64,000 nt of DNA from the IMG/VR virus record IMGVR_UViG_3300017748_000002, positions 1 through 64,000 of that record; one strand, 5' to 3'. The notes beneath the pieces were generated by a model that saw only the letters and a list, made by a program, of their open reading frames with translations, had not been told where the DNA came from and made no database searches. The DNA comes from a virus. The first letter of the stretch is position 1. Every line of letters begins with the position of its first letter. Positions 26,989-35,904 of the stretch are shown here, piece by piece. Position numbers and translations under genes: made by a program.

Positions 26989-27080
26989 TTTGATTGAATA
27001 TTTCTGCTCACTTTTTTGTTTACAATCAGTTAAAAGTATGGTAGAATGTATATACAAAATGAGGAAAAGAGGAGTTCCAA
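26971..27080 (+). repeat. Promoter cassette copy 2 (IHF-like site, TGCTCA element, early promoter, RBS)
   Basis: Near-identical to 25847-25956 except for the promoter spacer; TTTACA 27019, TAGAAT 27042. Confidence 0.8.
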
Positions 27081-27335
27081 ATGTCAGTTATTATTACCAA
27101 GAATATGTCTACAACACAACGTCTAGCTGCTATCAAAAAAGCTGCTGACAAGTTTCAGGCCAAGCAAACACGCATTGGTCGCCTTCGTGATTATACCGAG
27201 ACTCCTAAAGACGAGCAAGGTATCGACACTCACAACATCAATGCTTATACAGATTCTGAAAAGTATGTTGATGAGTACTATGGCGATCGTGCACGTGCAC
27301 AGGCTTCTTATGAGTCAAGTGAAGGGTGGAACTAA
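27081..27335 (+). CDS. Hypothetical early protein
   Basis: 84 aa behind promoter cassette. Confidence 0.7.
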   Translation: MSVIITKNMSTTQRLAAIKKAADKFQAKQTRIGRLRDYTETPKDEQGIDTHNINAYTDSEKYVDEYYGDRARAQASYESSEGWN

Positions 27336-27337
27336 AC

Positions 27338-27697
27338 ATGACGATGCATTTAGTGCGCGGAATGAGCAGTATAAATACTAGGAAACGCCGGCGTAATAAA
27401 GAACCGGGTCAAGACAAAGCGCTCGAAGAACACAACAAATGGCTTCGTAAACGTGGTGTCCATCCTGATCAGTTGAAAACTAAGGAGAAGAATAATGGCT
27501 CGAGTATTCCGGACTATGCAAGCACATCGTTCAGCATCCCGACGTCGGACGTCGTTACACCCATCCAAGGAAAGCGTAACGCACAGGAATACTCTGGAGA
27601 CTATATCGTCGGACTCGCCACGATGCACAAGTCAAACACAGTTCCCGTTGGTAAAGGAACTGATCCAAAAATATACGCACAAATGAGGAGAAGTTAA
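27338..27697 (+). CDS. Conserved T4-like hypothetical protein
   Basis: MTMHLVRG...YSGDYIVGLATMHKSN.VPV motif. Confidence 0.7.
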   Translation: MTMHLVRGMSSINTRKRRRNKEPGQDKALEEHNKWLRKRGVHPDQLKTKEKNNGSSIPDYASTSFSIPTSDVVTPIQGKRNAQEYSGDYIVGLATMHKSNTVPVGKGTDPKIYAQMRRS

Positions 27698-27912
27698 TGG
27701 TTAATAATGCCTATCCACGATTTGAAATGCTCTATAAGAAGTGGAGAATTCAATGTGATAAGAGTCCATTTGTCTCGGTAGAGACGTGGGATTGGATGAT
27801 CGAAACAGAAAAAAATGGTCCAGTCTTCTGGCATAAAACAACTGGGTCACAACCCACGCCGGTTGAAATCCGTGCCTACATTGACGAGTCGAGTCCAAAC
27901 TGGTTATGCTAA
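27697..27912 (+). CDS. Hypothetical protein
   Basis: 71 aa, TAATG-coupled. Confidence 0.55.
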   Translation: MVNNAYPRFEMLYKKWRIQCDKSPFVSVETWDWMIETEKNGPVFWHKTTGSQPTPVEIRAYIDESSPNWLC

Positions 27913-28358
27913 GCGAAGCTTTGGTTTGTCTAGCTCTTAATGCATATTGGGAAGCTAGAAACCAAGATATGAATGGCATGATCGCGGTCAGTCAGGTTGT
28001 CATGAACAGAGTTGAATCAGAATATTATCCTGATACTGTCTGTGATGTTGTCTTTCAAGGTCCGACTCGACCATCTTGGAAAGATCCTGAGATTAGAATA
28101 CCGGTACGTGATCGCTGCCAGTTCTCTTGGTATTGTGATGGTAAATCTGATAAGATTCCTGATGGTGATAATGAAGCCTGGGACATGGCGCGACTTGCAG
28201 CCTTTGGTGCATACTTTGGAAAGACCGACGATCTAGTTGATGGTTCACTATGGTACCATGCCGACTATGTCACACCGGGATGGGCTGAAGTGAAAACAGT
28301 AAAAGCAACGATTGGTGATCATATCTTTTATGGTTGGAATCATGGAGAGTACGAATGA
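27906..28358 (+). CDS. Cell wall hydrolase, SleB/Hydrolase_2 family
   Basis: CLALNAYWEAR, V..VVMNRV, YP.TVC.VV.Q, CQFSWYCDG, YHADYV.P.W, IGDHIFY. Confidence 0.9.
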   Translation: MLSEALVCLALNAYWEARNQDMNGMIAVSQVVMNRVESEYYPDTVCDVVFQGPTRPSWKDPEIRIPVRDRCQFSWYCDGKSDKIPDGDNEAWDMARLAAFGAYFGKTDDLVDGSLWYHADYVTPGWAEVKTVKATIGDHIFYGWNHGEYE

Positions 28359-28490
28359 AAAAACATGTCTTATATAAGTACGGACCAGCAATTCTTGGTG
28401 TCGTTAATCTAATAGTTGCTAATGGTAATCTCATGATGATCATTACTGGAATCATTTTAATTTTTATGGCAATAATGGATTTTTTTAGTT

Positions 28491-28769
28491 ATGATGGGTA
28501 AAGATATTTTTGAAGATATTAATATTGACGCTCTTCAGTTTGATATGGAGATGGAAGACGCTGCTCGCCAGTTAGTAGATAACTATGGTAAAGAACTTAC
28601 CGAGTCAGATCTGATCTTGCTCAAAGGAATGGCAGACGGGTCTAACACCGAGAGTATTCTAGCACAGTACTGTCTTGACTACTATCTGACTCAAAACTAT
28701 CAACCTGAACGAATCGATACAAATAAGTTTCCGTCTACTGCAAAAAAGGCGTGGTGGAAACTCTGGTAA
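28491..28769 (+). CDS. Hypothetical acidic protein
   Basis: 92 aa, ends KKAWWKLW. Confidence 0.6.
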   Translation: MMGKDIFEDINIDALQFDMEMEDAARQLVDNYGKELTESDLILLKGMADGSNTESILAQYCLDYYLTQNYQPERIDTNKFPSTAKKAWWKLW

Positions 28770-28807
28770 TCGCAACCGATACTATATTTCTCGGCTCTGC
28801 TCAATAA

Positions 28808-28846
28808 GCTTAGCTTAGAGGATCTCCTTTCTTCTCTAAGCTAAGC
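28808..28846. terminator. Perfect 13-bp stem-loop upstream of an early promoter
   Basis: GCTTAGCTTAGAG and CTCTAAGCTAAGC; no clear U-tract. Confidence 0.5.
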
Positions 28847-28862
28847 AAATTAATTTAGAATC

Positions 28863-28905
28863 TGCTCATTATTTTGTTTACAAACACAGTAAAACGTGAT
28901 AGAAT
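28863..28905 (+). promoter_or_regulatory. Early promoter with TGCTCA-N8 element
   Basis: TGCTCA-TTATTTTG-TTTACA (28877), 17 nt, TGnTAGAAT (28900). Confidence 0.75.
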
Positions 28906-28920
28906 ATATCTAACAATAAA

Positions 28921-29015
28921 GGGAACAGTCGAGCGATGAACGCGGTTAAGCCTGTAACGACTATAAAATAAAGACGCAGGTGGGAAGTGGAGCGCCCTCA
29001 TAAGAAAGGCCCATC
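28921..29015 (+). ncRNA. Candidate structured leader RNA (H-type pseudoknot-like)
   Basis: GC-richer ~135-nt leader; AGTCG/CGACT stem, loop GCCTGT can pair with downstream GCAGGT across an A-rich linker. Confidence 0.3.
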
Positions 29016-29046
29016 ATATTATTTTTGATTGTTGAGGAGCAATATT

Positions 29047-30168
29047 ATGGCTATACCAAAGAGAACCAAAAAGAAAACTATTAGAGCTCGTGCCCGTACT
29101 GGTGTACTTGGAGCTCCGGTCGACAAAGGCTTTGACGCAGTCAAAGACTATTTCCATATGGAAATTGACCGTAAAGATCTTATTTCACAAACCAAAACTT
29201 TTACAAAAAACAACTTCAGTAAGACAGATGCCAAATATATCTTGGCCTGTCCTGACTATAAATTTCAATTTTCACATTATGCGGCTACTGCTTTTTGGTA
29301 TAACACTCAGCAGGAAGTCACGGAGAGATCAGAGTATTGGAAACAATCTCTGGTGAAGAAGCTGTCTGAGCTCATTGATATGGGTAAGACATTACATCAT
29401 GAAAAAGCTATGCAGGCGAAAGTAACATCGAATGTTGTTACACTCTCTCCTCAACAACGTCTGCAGGCTAAAATTTCAAACACCATCATGCAAGATCTCC
29501 TCAATCTTGAAGATGAGTGGCTTGAAGGTGAAAAAGCTTCTATCAATGTTTACGATTTGTTTCGTAAGCATGGGTTGAGTGGCAGCGCTGCTCTTCCCGT
29601 CCGTCAGGTGGTTGAGGGCTGGTTGCTTGATTATGAAGACGCATATCATAAGCGTTGTGAACAAGCAGTAGAAGGCTATTCGCATCTTAAGCGACCAGAA
29701 CTCAACCGCCGCATTAAAGAATGTCAAGCAATGCTTGAAGATCTAGATCGAATTAAATCTGCAGCGAAAGCAACTCGCAAAGCCAAAGTTGCAAAAGCTC
29801 CGTCAATGGAAAAGCAAGTCTCAAAAGTCAAGTACAAAAAAGAAGATAATGACTTTAAGATTGTTTCTATCAATCCAGCGCAGATTATTGGTAAGACTCA
29901 TCTCCTCTGTTTTAATACAAAGACTCGTAAGTTGATTGAATACAAAACAGAGTCAACCGATGGTTTTGTGATTAGTGGTACTACTATTAAGAACATAAAC
30001 AGTGAGTCTCGTGCATGGACGCTGAGAAAGCCTATGGATATATTGCCATCTGCACTCAGCTCAACACCAAAGCAATTTGAGACTTTGGTCAAACAAATTA
30101 CTACTAAACCGACCACTCCTAATGGTCGAATCAATGAAGATACTATATTGTTGAGGGTATTGAAATGA
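29047..30168 (+). CDS. Conserved T4-like hypothetical protein
   Basis: ~373 aa; EGY.HL, SINP..IIG, FNTKTRKL..Y, F.ISGTTI.N, LRKP, NGRINEDTILL pattern; GAGGAG RBS. Confidence 0.7.
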   Translation: MAIPKRTKKKTIRARARTGVLGAPVDKGFDAVKDYFHMEIDRKDLISQTKTFTKNNFSKTDAKYILACPDYKFQFSHYAATAFWYNTQQEVTERSEYWKQSLVKKLSELIDMGKTLHHEKAMQAKVTSNVVTLSPQQRLQAKISNTIMQDLLNLEDEWLEGEKASINVYDLFRKHGLSGSAALPVRQVVEGWLLDYEDAYHKRCEQAVEGYSHLKRPELNRRIKECQAMLEDLDRIKSAAKATRKAKVAKAPSMEKQVSKVKYKKEDNDFKIVSINPAQIIGKTHLLCFNTKTRKLIEYKTESTDGFVISGTTIKNINSESRAWTLRKPMDILPSALSSTPKQFETLVKQITTKPTTPNGRINEDTILLRVLK

Positions 30169-30407
30169 CAATTGAACAAGAATTTCTAACTAAGTCTAAG
30201 TTTACTAAGCTCGTTGAAGATGCAGTGAATGAGCTAAAATTAAGTTATCTGGATGCTATTCTATATCTTTGTGAGAAGAACCAGCTAGAACCAGAAGATA
30301 TGAAAAAGTTTGTCTCACCTATTATTAAGGACAAACTTGAAGCTGAGGCAATGCAGCTTAATTTCTTGCCAAAACAAAATACTCTTGATTCAGCCTTTTT
30401 CGAATGA
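30165..30407 (+). CDS. gp33: Late transcription coactivator gp33
   Basis: F...VE..V....SYLDAIL..CE....E......S..IK.K.E.EA..LNFL; directly upstream of gp32. Confidence 0.85.
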   Translation: MTIEQEFLTKSKFTKLVEDAVNELKLSYLDAILYLCEKNQLEPEDMKKFVSPIIKDKLEAEAMQLNFLPKQNTLDSAFFE

Positions 30408-30423
30408 TGAGTATATATAATTG

Positions 30424-30452
30424 TGTACAACGACGCATGAACGTTGTATAAT
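30424..30452 (+). promoter_or_regulatory. Promoter of gp32 containing a palindrome
   Basis: TGTACA, 17 nt, TATAAT; TACAACG...CGTTGTA inverted repeat overlapping both boxes. Confidence 0.65.
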
Positions 30453-30490
30453 ATAAAATCATATTTCAGCTATACAAGGAAAATACAAAT

Positions 30491-31384
30491 ATGTCTTTTG
30501 CAAATTTAAAACGCAACCGCGATCAAATCTCCAAACTCGTTCAAGCCGCAGAAACTGCCGGTGGTGGTGAAAAGAAAAACTACTCTGATGAACGTATCTG
30601 GAAACCCACAGTAGATAAAGCAGGTAATGGTTATGCCGTCCTCCGATTCCTCCCATCAGCCGAAGGTCAGGACCTCCCATGGGTTCGTTACTGGGACCAC
30701 GGTTTCAAAGGACCAACCGGTCTTTGGTATATCGAAAACAGCCTTACTTCTATTGGTCAACCTGATCCAGTCGGGGAACTTAACTCACGCCTTTGGAACT
30801 CTGGTATCGAATCAGACAAAGACCGAGCCCGTGATCAAAAACGTAGACTCCATTATGTAGTCAATGTGCTTATTGTACAAGATCCTTCAAATCCATCTAA
30901 CGAAGGTAAAGTAATGCTTTACAAGTTTGGTAAGAAGATCTTTGACAAGATCATGGATTCTATGCAGCCAGAGTTTGCTGATGAAAGTCCGGTTAATCCT
31001 TTTGACTTCTGGGAAGGTGCTGACTTTAAACTAAAAATTCGTAATGTTGAAGGATACCGTAATTATGATAAGTCAGAGTTTTCAAGCTCAACTGGTCTCT
31101 ATGATGGAGACGAAGCCAAGTTGGAAGCAGTCTATAACCAACTACATGATCTCAGTGAGTTCTCCGATCCAAAGAACTACAAAACATACGATGAGCTTAA
31201 AACCAAACTCAGCCGAGTTCTTGGAGAAGAAGCAGTAAGTTCAGGTGCTCCTACAATGAGACAAGAAGCTCAAATGAATGAGCCAGCTCCTGCTCCAATG
31301 GAACCAGTCACTGCTGAGTCTGTACCAGCCAGTGATGACGACGATACCATGTCATACTTTGCGAGATTAGCAAGTGAGGGATGA
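30491..31384 (+). CDS. gp32: Single-stranded DNA-binding protein gp32
   Basis: DERIWKP..DKAGNGYAVLRFLP, WYIENSLT, YKFGKKIFDKI, PFDFWEGADFKLK, acidic C-tail SYFARLA. Confidence 0.95.
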   Translation: MSFANLKRNRDQISKLVQAAETAGGGEKKNYSDERIWKPTVDKAGNGYAVLRFLPSAEGQDLPWVRYWDHGFKGPTGLWYIENSLTSIGQPDPVGELNSRLWNSGIESDKDRARDQKRRLHYVVNVLIVQDPSNPSNEGKVMLYKFGKKIFDKIMDSMQPEFADESPVNPFDFWEGADFKLKIRNVEGYRNYDKSEFSSSTGLYDGDEAKLEAVYNQLHDLSEFSDPKNYKTYDELKTKLSRVLGEEAVSSGAPTMRQEAQMNEPAPAPMEPVTAESVPASDDDDTMSYFARLASEG

Positions 31385-31580
31385 TCACCACAACTTTTAT
31401 TCTGATGACGGTAGCCGCGAGGCTATCGTCTTCAAGACATCTGATGAAGATGGATGGTTCGTTGATCTATTAGAAGATGACGTAGTTGTCGAAACACGTA
31501 AGATGGAAACAGATGGTGTGCTTCATAGCGAACAATACGCTGAAGACTGCGCTGAGAACTGGGTAATGTATATCTTTTAG
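31374..31580 (+). CDS. Hypothetical acidic protein
   Basis: 68 aa, HSEQYAEDCAENWV motif. Confidence 0.6.
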   Translation: MRDDHHNFYSDDGSREAIVFKTSDEDGWFVDLLEDDVVVETRKMETDGVLHSEQYAEDCAENWVMYIF

Positions 31581-33253
31581 TTCAGGTATCCACTCGTAGA
31601 AAGATTCATACGACTATTGAGTGCGCCTGAGTAATCATCGCTTTGACCAGCAGCTGGTGGTGGAGCAGAAAGCGTAGTATTTGACTGACCAATATTCTGT
31701 GTTGTATTGGTAGATCCATCAACAATCATTGGTTGGCCGGGTGGTGCATTACCAAGCGCAGTTTCATTTCTAAGGCTTTCTCCAGATGTTGGCTTTGGTG
31801 CCTTCATTGCTGCTTCGCGATTTTGAAGAGCTAGTAATGCTGCTCTTCTTTCTTCTAGTTCTTTACCCATTGAAGTTTTAGCAAACTTATCAGCACCCTG
31901 CAGGTTTTCAAATTTTTCAAGTTGTGCTACTCGCGCCATAAATGTATCACTGCCGATCAACTCGCCAGTTCTAAATTTGGTGTCTGTACTTTTTGCTTGT
32001 AGAGTAAAGTCTTGCCCTTGCCCAGCGTTAGTGGCAAAGCGCGCAACAGTTGCTGCATCTTCTGGAGATGCTCCAGCATCTAACTGTGCCTGCTGAACTT
32101 TATTAAATGTAACAGACTCATCTTCTCTTTTCTTTTGAGCCTCGGCCAGATCTTTATACATTTCAGTAGTTTTAAACCACTCACCGACTGCATAACCTAT
32201 CGTTGCAATGCCAATAATAGCTCCAAGCGGTCCAGCAAACCTAAGCATGCCTCCAGCAATTTTTAATAACGTACCACCACGTGATGCTGCTGCACCTGCT
32301 CCAGCCGCACCTGCTGTTCCGACTCCAGCAGATGCGGTAATTGCGGTACCCAATAATCCTAATCCTCTTAAAACAGCTGGAACTTTACCCCAGAGAAGTG
32401 TTAAAGCCTTAATCCCAAGTCCTAGTGTTTTCTTTCCTAAGAATCCCATAGCTCCAAGAGTAGCACCCGGAGCTAGAACTAATCCTAATCCAGCAATCAA
32501 ACCTAAAGTCTTAAATACTTTGTTCTCACCTTCGCCTATTCCAAAAAATTCAGCAATTCGCCCATTGAGTAGATCGTTAATTCCGTCTAAACCACCTTTA
32601 AGAGTTTCACGAAGGAAAGTGCCGATGCTCAGCATAACACCTTTAAGGTCATCTAAGTTTGCTATATCAGCACCAAGTAAATTACCAAATGATTTACCGA
32701 GTTCTAATAACTGTGCCGCAACTTCATCATCAATTAAGAATCCAGCCGCGGCACCAATTAGAGCGAATTTTTTACCAAGAAGAGAACCAAGAGCACCACC
32801 TTGAATTGCTCGAGTAACTTGGTTTTTCATCTCGGCAGAAGCTTCTGGACCAAGCAAAAATCCTGCAATCTCATCAGCAAAGATGCCAACTGCAAGAGCT
32901 GGAATACCACGTTTAAGAAGAACACCGGCAAGAATTCCGGGAAGAGCCATTAGAGCAGCAGGTGTCAAGAAACTACCTATTTTACCAAGCATTCCTTGAA
33001 TATTACCTAAACCTTTTTCTGCGCCACCTTTAATAGCTCCACCAGCAGCACTTAATCCACCAGCAACTCGAGAAAATCTTCCGCCTTCTCTGTCTTTCTC
33101 AAGATCTTTCAACTTAGCCATTGAAGCAGCTTTAAGTTGAGATTCTAGAGTTTTAGACAATAGATTATTCGTCGAAAGAACAGACTTCTGAGTATCTCTC
33201 AGAATTTCATTCTGCGATAATAGAGTTTCATTTACTGCTTTTAAATTTGCCAT
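31577..33253 (-). CDS. Tape-measure / baseplate hub gp29-like protein
   Basis: 558 aa, Gly/Ala-rich helical with hydrophobic segments; follows gp26/gp51. Confidence 0.6.
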   Translation of the reverse strand: MANLKAVNETLLSQNEILRDTQKSVLSTNNLLSKTLESQLKAASMAKLKDLEKDREGGRFSRVAGGLSAAGGAIKGGAEKGLGNIQGMLGKIGSFLTPAALMALPGILAGVLLKRGIPALAVGIFADEIAGFLLGPEASAEMKNQVTRAIQGGALGSLLGKKFALIGAAAGFLIDDEVAAQLLELGKSFGNLLGADIANLDDLKGVMLSIGTFLRETLKGGLDGINDLLNGRIAEFFGIGEGENKVFKTLGLIAGLGLVLAPGATLGAMGFLGKKTLGLGIKALTLLWGKVPAVLRGLGLLGTAITASAGVGTAGAAGAGAAASRGGTLLKIAGGMLRFAGPLGAIIGIATIGYAVGEWFKTTEMYKDLAEAQKKREDESVTFNKVQQAQLDAGASPEDAATVARFATNAGQGQDFTLQAKSTDTKFRTGELIGSDTFMARVAQLEKFENLQGADKFAKTSMGKELEERRAALLALQNREAAMKAPKPTSGESLRNETALGNAPPGQPMIVDGSTNTTQNIGQSNTTLSAPPPAAGQSDDYSGALNSRMNLSTSGYLN

Positions 33254-33475
33254 CTATTGCTGCTGCTGATTCTTCTCTTTCATATGCTGTATGAGCATAT
33301 AGATTATGATTTCCCTCTCCCACGGTATCATATTATCAAGTTCAGTTAACGAATATTGGTGCTCTTGAGCTAATAAAAAATTGGTTTGATAATAATTTTC
33401 TAGAGTATCATGAGAAAGGTTTATGAAAAAAAATCTTGCAGTCCCTCCACTACTAATGTGTTTTCTTTTTCGCAT
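33254..33475 (-). CDS. gp51: Baseplate hub assembly catalyst gp51-like ORF, probably expressed as a -1 frameshift extension of gp26
   Basis: YY.TNF.L.Q.H.YSLTELDNMIPWERE signature; no ATG or RBS before the conserved part; entry via a T8 run at 33426-33433. Confidence 0.7.
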   Translation of the reverse strand: MRKRKHISSGGTARFFFINLSHDTLENYYQTNFLLAQEHQYSLTELDNMIPWEREIIIYMLIQHMKEKNQQQQ

Positions 33476-34134
33476 TTTTCACAATTGAATTTCTTTTGGT
33501 ATTTCATCGATGGTACATTAGAAACAAAGTCTGCAATCTTTCCGTATTGTTCATCATTCAATGACGAAATAAAATCATCGATCTCTTCAATTGTTTCATC
33601 TTTTAATATAACATTTTCTTCCTCAGTCTGAATTGCTTCCATACAATTACGAAGTGTAGCAAGTAATTGTTCAGTCTGAGTACGTTTATCGTTTAATAGA
33701 ACTCTATCACCAATGATGTCAGTGTAAGTAGGATATTTCATTTTCAATGTATATGTGTCATTGAGCTCGATAGTCATATCTTTCTTTTCAACATCAATAT
33801 TGATTTCATTTAAATTGATAGTTAGCTTATTTTCATGACCACAGTTTGTACACTTCATGATAACATCGTTAGTTTCACCAACAGACTTTGATCGGATCTG
33901 TGTAAAGATATAATCAACATCGAATGTTGCTAATTTACCAACATCAATATTTTTAACACACGCTTGAATACAATTCAAAACTGCTTTTAAAATTTGTTTT
34001 ACGTCTTTTGATTCATATGAAATCATAAGGACTTTCTGTTCTTTTACTAAGAATGGCCTGAAGCCAACAGAGTGTCCAGTCGAAGGTACCGTCAATTCAT
34101 ACTCAGGTACATCATTTAGTCGCGGTAGTGCCAT
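33421..34134 (-). CDS. gp26: Baseplate hub subunit / assembly chaperone gp26-like
   Basis: MALP.L..P.Y.L..PSTG....RPFLVKEQK.L, FDVDYIF..IRSKSVGE, two CxxC, ends GLQDFF. Confidence 0.85.
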   Translation of the reverse strand: MALPRLNDVPEYELTVPSTGHSVGFRPFLVKEQKVLMISYESKDVKQILKAVLNCIQACVKNIDVGKLATFDVDYIFTQIRSKSVGETNDVIMKCTNCGHENKLTINLNEINIDVEKKDMTIELNDTYTLKMKYPTYTDIIGDRVLLNDKRTQTEQLLATLRNCMEAIQTEEENVILKDETIEEIDDFISSLNDEQYGKIADFVSNVPSMKYQKKFNCEKCEKENTLVVEGLQDFFS

Positions 34135-34144
34135 AATTTACTCC

Positions 34145-34774
34145 TTAAAGGCCATATCCAAGAGAAAGCTGACCAGCTGGTACTCTTTCCCAAAATCTAT
34201 AAGACATCGTAACACTGAATGTTACAAATCCGTCTTGATCATTATTATAGTCAATTTGACTCAATGTTGTCGGAAATGCGTCAACTAGCGCACAAGAATA
34301 AGTTGAAATCTGCGGGTTCATTCCAAGTGGTAGAGATATACGACCAAATGGAATAGGGTTTGCTAATTGGTGAATGGTAACTCTCTTCTTATATTCAGTC
34401 GGATAATTGACAACGTTCTTGTCCTGATTTCCGGGAGAAGTATCATGCATTGTTGCAATCCAGCTTTCAAAATAATTACGAATCGGAAGTGTTGAAGTCT
34501 CCATGAATTGAAGAGTCACATCATCCATAGCATAACCATACATTACTTTTTGCTGTTCGATACCAACTCGACGTTCATGAGTCAACATTTGTTTGCCCGG
34601 AAGAGTTGCGTTTGTACAAAGAATATTTCGTTGTGCTGAACCAAGAGCACCTGTGATTGCTCCAAGTACTCCGGTGCCACCGCCAATTGATGGTAAACTA
34701 ACCATGAACTTGTTTGTACGAGCCAGTCCTAGTCCAGCAGTGATAGCTAATTTTAATGTGTCTACGCTGCTCAT
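34145..34774 (-). CDS. gp54: Baseplate-tail tube initiator gp54-like (tail tube fold)
   Basis: GLARTNKF.V, C..ATLPG, YFESW, YP.EY, DAFPT, F.VT.SY..W. Confidence 0.7.
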   Translation of the reverse strand: MSSVDTLKLAITAGLGLARTNKFMVSLPSIGGGTGVLGAITGALGSAQRNILCTNATLPGKQMLTHERRVGIEQQKVMYGYAMDDVTLQFMETSTLPIRNYFESWIATMHDTSPGNQDKNVVNYPTEYKKRVTIHQLANPIPFGRISLPLGMNPQISTYSCALVDAFPTTLSQIDYNNDQDGFVTFSVTMSYRFWERVPAGQLSLGYGL

Positions 34775-35340
34775 CCTCTTAACTTCTTCCTCGAATCTCT
34801 ATAAACTGAATTAGCTCTTGCTTTATTCCAATCTGCCATTGGAAGGAATGTAGCGATTTCCCATTCAGGTTTGTCAACTAGAGCAAATCTGCTTTTGACA
34901 TGTTTGAACAAATAATGCTTCATTGCTGGTGCAATATATTTCTGTGGAATTTTTGCGTTATCATTTCCTAGTATTACGTCAAGAAGTTTGGCTCTGAGAG
35001 TTGGTGGCAAATAATGTAGATTCAATCCATAGAATCCACCTTTTGCCGGGCCCATCATAATGATCAGAGGAAATCCATCATAATATGGTAGAGTGTCTTT
35101 ATGCTTTGGATCATAGAAGTACATGTACATATTTCCAAGCAATCCAGTTTTAGTTATCGGTTTATTCCTAAGATCTAATGCATCGTCTTGCATAATCTTA
35201 TTGCGGTTACCGACGGTTCTGCCTCGGAACATTTCGCGTGCTTTGTTCCGAAACCACTCAATAGATTGCTTTGTCCGGGGTGTAATACCAGCGCGGAACG
35301 CTTCAATCTCGAGTTCTCTAAATAAACTTTCTCCTGCCAT
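34771..35340 (-). CDS. gp2: DNA end protector protein gp2
   Basis: SIEWFR, MYMYFYDPKHKDTLPYYD.FPL, GLNLHYLPP, KHYL..HV.S. Confidence 0.9.
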   Translation of the reverse strand: MAGESLFRELEIEAFRAGITPRTKQSIEWFRNKAREMFRGRTVGNRNKIMQDDALDLRNKPITKTGLLGNMYMYFYDPKHKDTLPYYDGFPLIIMMGPAKGGFYGLNLHYLPPTLRAKLLDVILGNDNAKIPQKYIAPAMKHYLFKHVKSRFALVDKPEWEIATFLPMADWNKARANSVYRDSRKKLRG

Positions 35341-35345
35341 ACGTG

Positions 35346-35353
35346 TATTTATA
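35346..35353 (-). promoter_or_regulatory. T4-type late promoter (gp55-dependent)
   Basis: TATAAATA on minus strand just upstream of gp2. Confidence 0.7.
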
Positions 35354-35354
35354 A

Positions 35355-35852
35355 CTATTTCTTGCGTCTTTTATAAGGCTTCAACGGCTTTAATTTACCG
35401 GGAACTTTCTTCAAGGGTTTAGACATAATCCCCATTGACGTTAATGTTTCTTCGGTCCAGATTTGAAACTCCCATTTACGATCTTTACAAAACGATTGAG
35501 CAGCTTCCCACTTATTCATATTCTTTACATAAGTGACTGCCTCATTTATGTATTGCCTTTGGTTTTTTCCGGTTTTCTTGGGCGGGGCTGTTTCTTTTGC
35601 TGGCTTGATTTCGACGAGGACTGTTTTGTTTTCAAAGACAATCTTGATATCGGGGAAATAGCGGTGATACTTTTTATCGACGTCATAGTAGTATGGAATC
35701 ACAATCTCTTCGGATGACCACTTCTTTACTTTTGGATTTCTGTCGAGCCATTTAAATGTGTCTCTTTCCCACAACGATCTATATACTACGTTGTTTGGAT
35801 CACCAGCGTACTTCTTTTTATTCTCTACAGTGTATCTTCCAGAATAGGCCAT
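35355..35852 (-). CDS. gp4: Head completion nuclease gp4
   Basis: MAYSG.Y...N..KY.GDP..VVYRSLWE, WSSEE..IPY, RYFPD, VEIKP, N..KWEAA. Confidence 0.92.
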   Translation of the reverse strand: MAYSGRYTVENKKKYAGDPNNVVYRSLWERDTFKWLDRNPKVKKWSSEEIVIPYYYDVDKKYHRYFPDIKIVFENKTVLVEIKPAKETAPPKKTGKNQRQYINEAVTYVKNMNKWEAAQSFCKDRKWEFQIWTEETLTSMGIMSKPLKKVPGKLKPLKPYKRRKK

Positions 35853-35859
35853 TTTACGT

Positions 35860-35867
35860 TATAAATA
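35860..35867 (+). promoter_or_regulatory. T4-type late promoter
   Basis: TATAAATA upstream of the gp48 operon. Confidence 0.75.
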
Positions 35868-35904
35868 CTCATGAGTTATTTGTATATCTATAGGAAAAGA
35901 ACGA

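Noticed and set aside
25833-27080. Repeats considered as a CRISPR array or IS ends
   Set aside because: Only two long copies carrying promoter and RBS; no regular repeat-spacer periodicity, no transposase or cas operon.
32208-32804. 198-aa Pro/Ala-rich plus-strand ORF
   Set aside because: Antisense shadow of the Gly/Ala-rich tape-measure-like gene; no RBS or promoter context.
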